The notes under the pieces are model-generated. The model did not search any database. It worked only from the letters and a program-made list of their open reading frames with translations, and was not told the DNA's origin. From NCBI RefSeq assembly GCF_009914755.1, contig NC_060939.1: DNA of 64,000 nucleotides. The stretch is one strand, 5' to 3'. The stretch comes from the human T2T-CHM13v2.0 reference genome, Homo sapiens. The position numbers and the translations under genes are program-made. Below are positions 34,919 to 50,565 of the stretch, piece after piece; within the stretch, counting starts at the first letter, position 1; every line of letters starts with the position of its first letter.

Positions 34919-36035
34919 TCACTCTCCAACTCAATAGAAAATCTTCACCTCACCCCCAGTTATTCTGTGGTGTCCTCATTTCCTCATTCTGCTCCCTATG
35001 GGCATCATAAATTCAGTCATCTTCTTCTTACATCATACCATTAAGAGAATTGAGTCTAACCTGTTATGATGGACTCAGGAAATTACAAATAAAAATGTAT
35101 ATCCTATCTCTGATCTAAACTGCTTACTGTACATCTGTACTTGATTAAAGATTAGCAAACATTTATTAAGCATCTATCATGTCTCTTCTCTGAGTTTCTC
35201 CTTTCCCTTGGGGTCTAACGTGTAATGTCTCAAATATCACGATCTCACAGTATATACACATTGCCCTCCCTCAAACTCTCTAGTCTCATGTAAAATAAAA
35301 ACTTTCCATTCTCTACTTAGTACAGCTATGACAGTATAAACTGTTTAAAGTAAACCTTACTGAAAGACAAAAAAGGAAATAAAAATATAATGGTATAAAA
35401 AAGTGAGGTCACAAAGTTCAGATCTCCAATCTCCTTAAAACTAAATTTTAACCTCTTGATCTCATTCATTCAATAAATAATTTTAAAAGTACCTTTTCTG
35501 GCTAGGTATGCCAGATGCTCAGAAATTAAATTAAAAAGAAAGAAGAAGAAAACACCTAAGCCCAAGATGTCCCCTCTACCTAGAAAACCAATTCCCCCAC
35601 TTTCCTCTCTGCATTTCAAAGTCCAACTCAAATGATACTTTCTCAATGAGAAAATTCTTCTTGGAAATTCTTTCCTTCAACAAAGTAATAATTTCATGCT
35701 CTTTTCTCAAAGCACTTCCCTTATACCCCAATCTGGCATTTCTCACATTAAACTACAGTGAGTTCTTTAAGTCTCTTAAAGTCTCCTTCCACAGACTGTG
35801 TGTTAGATTGTGAGAACATGTCTGTTTTATTCCCCATGTACTCCCAGCACCTGGTATTGTACTAGGCACACACTGTGTGATGACTATTTGTCAAATGGAT
35901 ACATAAGTGAATTAATGAACAAATATGCCAGATCATTAAGATGTAGTGTGAGAAAGGAAGGTTCTCAGCAATCTTGGGCCATGGGAACAAACATTAATGT
36001 CTAATATTTGCCAGATACTGTTTAGGCTCTTCTAG

Positions 36036-36403
<368 letters not shown>

Positions 36404-36999
36404 ACCCTGGCCTTCTTTACATTCACACCTTAAGGTGTGTGTACTTGCTATTTCCTTGCTCTTCTCAAAACTGGCTCCTTCTTTGCATTCAGGTGTTAGC
36501 TCAAATGTCACCTCGGAGAGAACTTTCCTGACTGTCTTTCATACACCTCAAACCAGTCTGTCACAGCCCTGTTTCATTTTCCTCATAGCATTTATCAGTG
36601 TATGAAACTATACCGTTCATCTGTCTGGTTCTTCCCTCTAAAATGTGAGTTCCATGACAGAAGTAAACTAATAAATGACTTCTACTGCAAAAATGCAGGT
36701 ATATGGGGAAAGAGACCTCTAATCTCGTTTAAGTTGTCAGGAAAAGCCTCTCTAAAGTAGTGTAGAAGGCTGAGAATGAATAAAGGAAGGTGGGGAGAAA
36801 AAAAATGAGGATTCCTAGCAGAGGAACAATGTTGAAAAGCCAGGAGATGAAAGATAGCATGGCACATTCAAATAAACGAAGTTCTGTACAGCTAAGGCAC
36901 AGAGTTAGAAAGGAAGAGGAAAAAGAGGAAACTGAAGATATAAGCACAGGTCAAATCACACAACACTATGAAGGATTTCAGCCGTTAACCTAAGGGTAA

Positions 37000-37766
<767 letters not shown>

Positions 37767-38499
37767 GGAAGGCAGAAATTTTAAGAAGGCAAGTGATATG
37801 ATGAGATTTGCACTTGTATGAAATCACTCGGAAAGCAACATGAAGAATGGGCTAGAGCAGAGCAAGAGGAAGGACAATATAACAGATTACGATACCTTGG
37901 TCCAGGCAGAAAACAATGGCAACCAAGCTTAGGGTGACAGAGATGTAGAACACCAGCTAGATTCAAAAGATATTTAGAATGTAGAAATGTAGGGACTAAG
38001 GGAAAGGGAGGATTCAAAATCACTCCCTAGGCTTCTGCCCTGGCAAATCTGTTGAGACAAGGAATAAAGAATAAAGAAGCAGGTGGGCATGATAACTTCT
38101 ACATTGAACTACTTACACTCTTATGCAATTCACAAATAAATAATAAGAATGAGGAATGATGCTGACAACCACAGGACTGTGGTTCCCTATCCAAAGCCAA
38201 CTGTGGCTCACAATGCAAGATAGTAAACAGATTCTAAATGAACGCTCTCAAACTACAGAATTACTCTGTTTTTAGATGGGTCTATTTGGAGGTGTCTTGT
38301 CAGTTTCTCATCGCTGCTCAAAAACTCAGGACACTCTAAGGACCAGGAAAAAGCCTACTCCTACTTGAAGAGGCAGTCCAGCATCACTCTGCTGCGAAGC
38401 CTACTTGCCAGTCTCAGATAGACTGGGGTGTTCCCTCCTCTCTGAATCCATTGCTCCTGAGACAAACTCCAACACAGCAAAACTCATACAGTAGTTTTA

Positions 38500-38645
38500 T
38501 TTTCATGCGTCTGTCTTCCTTGGGCCATGAACTCCCCAGGGCAGGGCAGCTTCTTTCACCACGGTATGCCCAGCACCTAGCATAGTGGCCGGCACGGAGC
38601 TGATACTCAGTAAAAAGACGTGTGTGAATCAATTAACAAACGAAT
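38500..38645. mobile_element. L2 3'-end fragment
   Basis: CCCAGCACCTAGCATAGTGGCCGGCAC ... ACTCAGTAAA. Confidence 0.5.
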
Positions 38646-38649
38646 GCCT

Positions 38650-39180
38650 CCTCCGGACTCCTAAATCCTGAAAAAAAACCCCACCACCAGGCCTCGGGGC
38701 CACGACGTCCATACCCACTCACACACACCAGACTCGCCCGAGCTCACCTGGGTCACGAACTCCGCATTGATTTGGGACACCGTAGGGGCCACGATCTTCT
38801 TGGGCTGCGCAGGGGCTGCCATGGCAGCACTCTTCCCTCCACTCCAGTGGAAACTAAAGGACCGCTCTGGGCAGCGGCAACCCTGGTCCACTTCCCTTAA
38901 GTTACTGCCGGGGCGCTTAACTCCGCGCCGCACAAACGCTCCGGGCCGGATATCCTCAGTCTTCAGAGTCCCGTAGGGAACCCGTACAACAGCCCAAGCG
39001 TTCCTCGGGAAGCGGAATGGCGTGTAGCCGGAAGTTCATGCAGGCGTTGGGGCTGAGCTAGCGAGCCAAGAGCTTTGACCTCCTCTGTACACGCCCTCTA
39101 GCGGGCGGCAGAGAGAAGACACCTCGCTGGCGGGATTAGGAGGGCAAGGGAGGGACCCGGTGGATGGTGTTGGGTGGGGT
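38650..39180 (-). promoter_or_regulatory. AQR: AQR CpG-island promoter / 5'UTR
   Basis: CpG-rich tract around exon 1; ETS site CCGGAAGT 39028-39035; YY1-like AATGGCG ~39016; CTCF-like CCGCTAGAGGGCG (minus, ~39092-39104); no TATA seen. Confidence 0.85.
38748..38822 (-). CDS. AQR: AQR coding exon 1 ([25 protein letters not shown])
   Basis: ATG in strong Kozak GCTGCCATGG; 75 nt; donor CAG|gtgagc; matches Aquarius N-terminus; lies in CpG island. Confidence 0.97.
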
Positions 39181-39314
39181 TTCTCGTGGTTAGTGAAGAG
39201 TGCCGTGTGCGGTGAATGGGGATTTAGTTTTTTTTCAACCCTAAAGAAAAAACAAAACAAAACAAAAAAAACAGCCTGGGAATATGGGCTGGGTTTTAAC
39301 TGCCCTTAACAGTG

Positions 39315-39603
<289 letters not shown>

Positions 39604-39644
39604 TTAACAGTTTTATGGAGGTAAAAATTGACATACAATAACCC

Positions 39645-39950
<306 letters not shown>

Positions 39951-40478
39951 ATTCACATACAATAACCCACACATATTTAGGTTGTAAAATTTGATGCGTT
40001 TTGACATGAACATACATTTGTGAAACTATTGCCAAAATCATAATGAGCATATCAAAGCCTCTAAAAGTTTCCTCGTGAACTTTTGCTATCTGTGCCTTTC
40101 ACTGTTCCCACCCACTTTTCAGGCAACCACTGATCTGCTTTCTGTCACTATAGTTTGCTTTTCATGGAATTTTATATAAATGAAATAATACAGTGCATGC
40201 CTTCTTTCACTCAACGAAATGATTTTGAGATGGATTCATGTTGTTGCATGTATCAGTAGTTCATTCCTTTTTTATTGCTTAACATTCGTTCCATTTTACT
40301 GATATACCACAGTTTGATAAACTATTCATCTGCTGATAGACATTTGAGTTGTTCCAAGTTCTCAGTTATTACAAATAAAGCCACTATGAGCATTTGTGTA
40401 TAAGTCTTCATGTGGACATATACTTCCTTTGCTCTTAAATACTTAGGAGTGAAATATTTGGGTTATACGATAGGTGTG

Positions 40479-40780
40479 TTTGTTTGTTTGTTGTTTGTTT
40501 GAGATGGAGTCTTGCTCTGTCGCCCGGGCTGGAGTGCAATGGCGTGATCTCGGATCACTGCAACCTCTGCCTCCTGGGATCAAGAGATTCTCCTGCCTCA
40601 GGCTCCTGAGTAGCTGGGATTACAGGCAACGCGCCATCACACCTGACTAGTTTTTGTATTTTTAGTAGAGACGGGGTTTCACCATGTTGGTCAGGCTGGT
40701 CTTGAACTCCTAAGCTCGTGATCTGCCCACTTTGACCTCCCAAAGTGCTGGGATTACAGGCATAAGCCACTGCACCCGGC
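40479..40780 (-). mobile_element. AluS inside L1M
   Basis: full dimer, (TTTG)n tail. Confidence 0.88.
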
Positions 40781-40900
40781 AAGTATATGTTTAAGTTTTT
40801 AGAAACTGCCATCTTTCTAAAGTAGTACTATTTTACATTCACATCAGGAGCATATAATTCTAGTTTGTTCTCCACCTCGTCAACACTTAATATGGACAAT

Positions 40901-41523
<623 letters not shown>

Positions 41524-41693
41524 TGAGCATCTCTTCATGTGCTTATTTGCTATTCATATATCTTCTTTGGGGAAGCCTCTATTCATATTTTTTGCCCTTT
41601 TTTAAATTGAATAACTTGGTTTCTTACTACTGAGTTTCAATGCACACCCCTACCATTCCCAAATCCATACGTAAATTAAACATGTGTCTCTAG

Positions 41694-42515
<822 letters not shown>

Positions 42516-43249
42516 AATAGACAGTGTGAACGTGAAAGCAAAAGCCTGTAGGAATGGAGATTAAATGTGAAGTCCTTTTTCCCCCTATGTTATTGTGTAA
42601 AGTTTAGAGTGCTAGTGATTAAAATTTGCATCATCACAATTTTAAATGTAACAGATTTTGCATGTATAATATCTATTGACATTTTACTTACAAACACACT
42701 ATAAAACAGGAAAAATAAGATTCTGATGGCTTTTATGATGAATCTTGACATATAACATTTTGACTAGCAAAAACCACAGGGACTGTATTTCTATACTATG
42801 CTATAGTTACAGCACAGATAAAGCCACCGAAGCAGGTCATGCAGGGCTATGTCAGGAGTCAACAATAAGGCTTGATGTGTTGAAAGCCTTGAAAGCTAGG
42901 GAGAGGAAGCTCTCTTCCACAATAACAATTGTGGAAGACAATGGGAAACCACTGATTGTAAATCTATTTTTGGAAGATGACTTCTGAGTAGTATGTCAAA
43001 TGGGTTGGTGCAGGTACTATGGGGATGGGAATATCAGCTAGGAGACTACCGCAAATCTAAAGCTAAAATAAAAAGGACTAAATGTGGGTTCTGACAGTCA
43101 AAATGAAAAGGAAGGAATAAATGTGGAAGACACTGGAAAGACAGAAAAAGAGAAATAATCTTTAGTAGTTGCAAGAATAGTGGAACCATAAAGCACAATA
43201 GAGAAGATAGAGGGTAGAGTAGGTTTTAAAAGGAAAAATGATTCCTTTA

Positions 43250-43666
<417 letters not shown>

Positions 43667-44799
43667 TTAAACCAATAAGCTACAGATCACATGTAGCTTT
43701 CTACTGATCTAACATGTAAATGGTTCTAATTTATAATACCTAGCAGATTTATGACAAAACGTAGTATCATAATATCTCCCCTCCCTCTTGCTCTCATCTC
43801 TATCTACTTTTCTTACCAACTTCTCTTAACTAAGTTTCTGACTGATGGTTTCGGACATTCTAAAATTATGTATATTTTATGGTTTCCTCTTTACAAGCTT
43901 TCTACAATGTGTTTTGTAGACAGAAAGCAAAGGAACCAGGGAGTCAAGATAGGGTTTCAAATGACAAGATTGTCACTAGTGTCAAATGCTTCAAAGAAAT
44001 CTGAAAGGACAAGAATTTCAAAAAGACCATGAGCTTGGCAATTAGGAGACCATTGGTGACCATTATTAATTGGGATATGTTGTAAGAAAATCTACTTCTA
44101 AATTGGTTAACAGTAAGTAAAATCTATAGGGGTAATAAAATCTATAGGGGTGATAAGTTAGGCTTCAGGCAGTTGAATCAGGTTTCCAGCTCCATTACTC
44201 TGTGATTCTTTTCTTTGCCCCCCTACCCCATTCCCTCTGTGTTTTGACTTCACCAGATGAGTGTCCCTCATGGTACCAAAATGGAGGGAGCTTCTTCTGT
44301 ACACCCACTAATCCTTCCTGAATCACTACAGCAAGTACGTGGTTTTGCTCTGATAGAATTAACTTAGGTCAGTGCTCACCCCCAAGCCAATTACCCTGGC
44401 TTAGACCTGGGTTACCTATTTCTGAACAGTCATCATGGCAAGAGAGATGTGAGTATTCTGACAGCCTTAGACTGATCACGACCCATGGCTGAGCTGCAAC
44501 TAGGTCAGTCTAACCCTGACTACTTGGCTGATATACAGTGAAGGGAGAAGGAGATGTGGTTACAACCAACAATGACCACTACAATAGCCACTGAGAGAGC
44601 AACTCCCAAAGGATGGTGAAGAAAACATGTATTCAATAATAAAGGGCTAAGAAGTTAGTGAGTGAAAAGGCCATGAAGGAAGTAGATGGAAGATAAATTT
44701 GCAATAGTTCTTACCATAAAAGAAAAAAAGTCAATTGTGACAGTATCCAGAATAACAAAACTAAAGTTGTTTGTCCCCACAAACACACCTTTTTAAGTT

Positions 44800-45670
<871 letters not shown>

Positions 45671-46085
45671 GAACACATGAAATTGTTTTTAGGTGGAGGG
45701 GAAAGAACAATTGGAGAGAGAAAAACTAGATACCAGAAAAAGGGACTATTAAGTTCCCAGAAGTGGGCAAGAAAAAAAGCTAGCTTCAGAAACATGAAGG
45801 AACATTATTCTGAGACAGATGAAGAGAAACAGAGAAAAGATAAAGTTTTGAGTGAAGACAAGTTTAGAGAGGGCATGTTGGACAAGCTTTGATCACAACA
45901 CAGTAGAAGGCAAATTCATCCTCTGAAAGGATCTAAGTGAAATTGTGGATTTAAGGAAAACATAAAAGATTGGTAATAATTGCTCCATTCATTAATTTCT
46001 TCCTTCATACATTCAACATATATTTGAGAACCTAATGTTTGCCACAGTATTAAGCCTTCCCTATAAATGATATAGATTCATTCTG

Positions 46086-46267
46086 TTGCTTTCCAGAAGC
46101 ATGTAGTTCAGTGGATCTCAGAGTGTAGTCTCACAACAGCTAACCTTAGTCACTAAATGCAAATTTTGGGGTCCTAAGAGACACTGAATCACGAACTCTG
46201 AGGATGCAGGCCAGCAATCCATGCTTTTAACAAGCCCAATTCACACTAAAGTTTGAAAACCACTAGT
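46086..46267. mobile_element. MER5A-like hAT-Charlie element
   Basis: CAGTGGATCTCAGAGTG ... TTTTAACAAGCCC ... AAAGTTTGAAAACCACT. Confidence 0.6.
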
Positions 46268-46928
46268 TTCTAGTGGAAGATCAACAGAGTTATAAACAAA
46301 AATTAAGGGGAATACAGGGGATGGAGAACTTGGGTAAATCAGAGAGGCTCCCGGAGGTAGTATTTAAGCTCAAACTTCAAAGAACAAATAGATTGCCAAT
46401 TTAGATGCAAAATATTACATGTTCTATATTTCATGTAATACCATTATATTACTTTTCAGTTACCTTTCCTTTTTTTTCTCTTACTGCTAATAGAATTCCC
46501 TTAATAGAATTAGCCCTTAAATTCTAAGCCCTTCTAACTGGCAATAAGGAGAAATCTCAACAAGCTAGGGATTAAATGTTCCTTCCCTGTAGCTTCAAAA
46601 AAGCAGACACCATTCTGCATCATAAAACAGTACTTGGCAAATGTTATTTCTAACAAAGATTCTTGTAAAAGATTTCAAAGACTGTTGCTGCATCCTAAAA
46701 ATATAATTCTAATTGGTTGTGTTATATAACATGTACATTGAAATCCGTGTTCTGTGCAAGTCAGTTTTAAGCACTTTTGTTTTCCCCCATAATCATGAAA
46801 AAAAAGAAACTTGACTCAGCTAAACTTTGAACAGATTGTCTGTTTCTAATTTGACACAAGATAGACACGATGGAAAGCAAAAAGAATAACAATACTAGTA
46901 TGTATTGGAGAAACCAATTCTATATACT

Positions 46929-47229
46929 GTTTTTTAAAGAGATGATCTTGCTCTGTCACCCAGGCATGGAAGGCTGGAGTGCAGGGACATGATCATAGCT
47001 CACTTCAACTTCCAATTCTTGGGCTCAAGCGATCCTCCCGCCTCTGTGTTCTGAGAGCAGCTGAGACCACAGGTGTGTGTCACCACCTCACGTGGCTTAA
47101 AAAAAATTTTTTTTTTAAATGACGGTGGTCTTGCTTTGTTGACTATCTCAAACTCCTGGCTTCAAGCAATCCTCCTACCTCGGCCTTCCAAAGTGCTGTG
47201 ATTACAGGCTTGAGCCACTGTGCCCGGCC
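46929..47229 (-). mobile_element. AluJ
   Basis: diverged dimer. Confidence 0.8.
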
Positions 47230-47955
47230 CCTAATTCTGTATTTCTTTAGTACAAATCTGAAGAGAAAGGCCAAAAAGGAGGATAAACAGATAAATACAT
47301 AGACCATACAACATACAATGGAGTTAACATATTCTTTTGTAGGTGATAGGAAGATGTCAAAGGATTTTTTTTTCCCACAGAAGGGAACAGCATGGAAATG
47401 TAACATGAACAAGAGCGTAAATGATCAAATATCCATGTAAATTTGGTGTAGAAGGTAGATTGGAGTGGACCTATAAAAGTATCCGACAATCAGTACCTTG
47501 GCTCCAATATTTTGTAATTCCCGCCCCCCGCCCCAAAAAAAAGGCCAAACTGTGTAACTTGGAACTTTATTTTTAAAGTATTCTGAAAATTTTCCAAGAA
47601 TTTTAACCACCACCTACTTCCCTTAAACACACACACATTTTTATCTTACAATTATAACCCCTATTGCAGTACAAAACAAGAAACAATAATTCTAAGTTAG
47701 CCAGCCAATCAAACTACTTCAGTAAATGATCATACTACAGCCTGGAATCACTCAAACAAAAAATTCTTCTAGTTCTCTTTAAAGATATTTATCGTTTATT
47801 TTTTCATGAAACCAAAGTAATTGATTCAACAATACTAACAGTTCTAGCATGCAACAAACCATCTACTATCTAATGTTTAATCTTCTTAACATGTATATTT
47901 TCATTCCTATAAATTTCCATAAGAAGCTTGCAATGACAATAAAGGTAAATAAGTA

Positions 47956-48250
47956 CAGTTGTCCCTTGGTATCCATGGGGTATTGGTTCCTGGACCGTCC
48001 CCCCAACCCACAGATACCAAAAATCCAAGTATACTCAAGTCCCTTACATAAAATGACATATTTGTATATAACCAACGCACATCCGCCTGTATACTTTATC
48101 CCTAGACTAATACCTAATGCAATGTAAATGCTATTTAAATAACTGTTATACTGTATTTTTATTTGTATTATTTTTATTTTTTCTAATATTTTTGATCTGC
48201 AATTGGTTTAATCCACAGATGCAGAGTACATGGATACAGAGGGCCAACTG
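47956..48250 (+). mobile_element. MER2-like Tigger MITE in ZNF770 3'UTR
   Basis: 22-nt terminal inverted repeats CAGTTGTCCCTTGGTATCCATG / CATGGATACAGAGGGCCAACTG; TA at 5' flank. Confidence 0.8.
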
Positions 48251-49705
48251 TTTTGTTACAGGTACTTCAAATAGCACTACAGTACATCTTTGACAAAATT
48301 TTTACAATATTCCACCTTTCAATATGAAACAGCTTAAAAAGGCATGGGTCAAAAATAAAGTATAGTAGTATCACTTACGCAAATAAAGTCTCAGAATCAT
48401 ACAAGCACAACACTGTTAGGACTCTCCCTGTTTAGGCTGGGAAAAACATTATACAAAACATTTTCTTCAAATAAAATTACATAAATTGCTTAGAAAAATG
48501 CCAAAATCAATAATTTCAAACATATTAAGGAGAAAACCTTGAACATTATTGGAAAATATAAACTAGTTATTCCTTGCTTTTAACAGATGAGTTCTTGACA
48601 AGTTTTGTGTAAAGCAAATTCTGTAAACCATTATCTTGCTTGCACTGGAGGAACATATCTCAAGGAAACCTAAGAGAAAGTGTTCTTTAAAGCATGTGAT
48701 TCTCCTGTTTTTGCTGGATGTCTGTATCTACATAATAAACAGGCACACTTCTACATCACTGGGTATTTTACTCAGACTGTCATGTTTCATCTCTGTAAAT
48801 TAAACCCAAGTTACTTAAAAATCACCTGTGGTAAAAGAAGCAAGCAGATCACCCCCACCTACTATCCCTCCCGCCTCCCCCCTGTCAAAAGAAAGTTCTC
48901 AGTTTATGATGCAAAACTTACAATTGTTCATTTATCCACATTCTCAATAGAGGATTTTCCACTATATTTAAGTATGGCAGGATAATTACCCACCTGTTCC
49001 TCTTTTCAGCTTAGAAACATAACGGTTCATTCCTTTTATTGCTAGAGAATGTCATTCCTGAAGATTTTATAAACAAAGGCAAATATGAAGGAAAATTTGT
49101 AATTATGAAATAAGTCCTTTGTAGTAAAGAATATTTCCCAAATCATAACAGTTCTATTTGGAATGATACCCACAACTCTACAAGCATCTTATCCCTCTAC
49201 AGGAATGACTACCTTATTAATTAAAATAAAAATTTAACAAGGATCAAAATAAAATTCTTTAGCAATAGACTCCTGCAAAAATAAAAACTAAAACTAGACC
49301 TAGTCATTGCCATTTGATCAAACTTAGAACAGGCTTAAATAACAGAACCACTCCATTAAAGAGGCATAGAAAGAAAAGTTTACTAAAATAAATGTAAAAG
49401 TCTTATGGAGATGAAGATCTCTAGAATAGTCTTAAGTCTATGACTACTGCTATCATTAATGAGCAAATAAATGACTTGAAATTATTCCTCTGAAAAGGTA
49501 AAACTCATACGTATTATGAAAAAGACTATGGCACTTAGAAAATATTCCTGGTAAGTAAACATGGTAAATATAGGTACATCCTAGCCTCTCGCCTACTTTT
49601 AAATTATTTTGAGAAAGATAGCACTAGCTGGGAGAAAAAAAAAATCCTTATCACCTGAAGGTGAAATTACCACATAGTCCTAAAAATAAATAGCTTTGAA
49701 AAGAC

Positions 49706-49993
49706 CGTCAGGTGCGGTGGCTCATGCCTGTAATCCCAGCACTTTGGGAGGCCGATGCGGGTGAGTCACAAGGTCAAGAGATCGAGACCATCCTGGCCAA
49801 CTTGGTGAACCCCCGTCTCTACTAAAAATACAAAAATTAGCCAGGCGTGATGGCAGGCACCTGTAATCCCAGCTACTCAGGAGGCTGAGGCAGGAGAATC
49901 GCTGGAATCTGGGATGCGGAGGTTGCAGTGAGCCTAGATGGCGCCACTGCACTCTAGCCTGGCGAAAGAGTGAGACTCCATCTCAAAAAAAAA
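49706..49993 (+). mobile_element. AluSc-like, antisense in ZNF770 3'UTR
   Basis: full dimer; TSD AAAAGACC. Confidence 0.88.
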
Positions 49994-50565
49994 GACCAAT
50001 GAAAATAATACTATAATTGTCTCATCCATTTTCACCTTTAGTGTCTCTGTAGTTTTTTTAACTTACAAAAAAAAAAAAAATTACCAATGCAATTTGAGTC
50101 ACATGTGGACAAAATTATGCTTTCATATGAAATGTAAAATAAATCAAATATAACAGGGCTATGTGCTGCAGCTAAAAGCCAAGTTTTGCCTCTCAGTCTT
50201 TTGAGTATATCTAAAAAGAGATGGCATGTCTTAAGGAATAATTCCTTTAAAAAATGAATGAGGCTAAATTATTTGTACAGCCATCATGGATTTATATTTT
50301 TCAATACAGCCAAAGTATATGTTTACAATATTAAAATGCCTACTTTATAGCATCAAATCATGTTCTTGCCTCTAAAATTAACTTGGCTGTTTCTAAAACA
50401 TTGTATTAATTTTCTATGTATTCTACCTCCTTACTATGCAGGACAAGCAAATGCCTGTGAAACCATTCAGTTTAATGCAGGCCTTTCAATAAAAATGCAT
50501 TTTAAATAATACAGGCTTTAAAAATAAGATCACCAGAGACCACAATTGTTAGTGGTTGCGACAAT

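Larger units (their letters stand above)
47545..50565 (-). other. ZNF770: ZNF770 3'UTR (~3 kb), distal AATAAA at 47566-47571
   Basis: AU-rich sequence after stop; minus-strand AATAAA followed by GU/U-rich TTTGGCCTTTTTTTT element; other AATAAA hexamers also present (e.g. 49035-49040). Confidence 0.65.

Noticed and set aside
48680-48985. 101-aa + strand ORF antisense to the ZNF770 3'UTR
   Set aside because: Non-ATG start, no recognisable domain, and no promoter or splice support visible.
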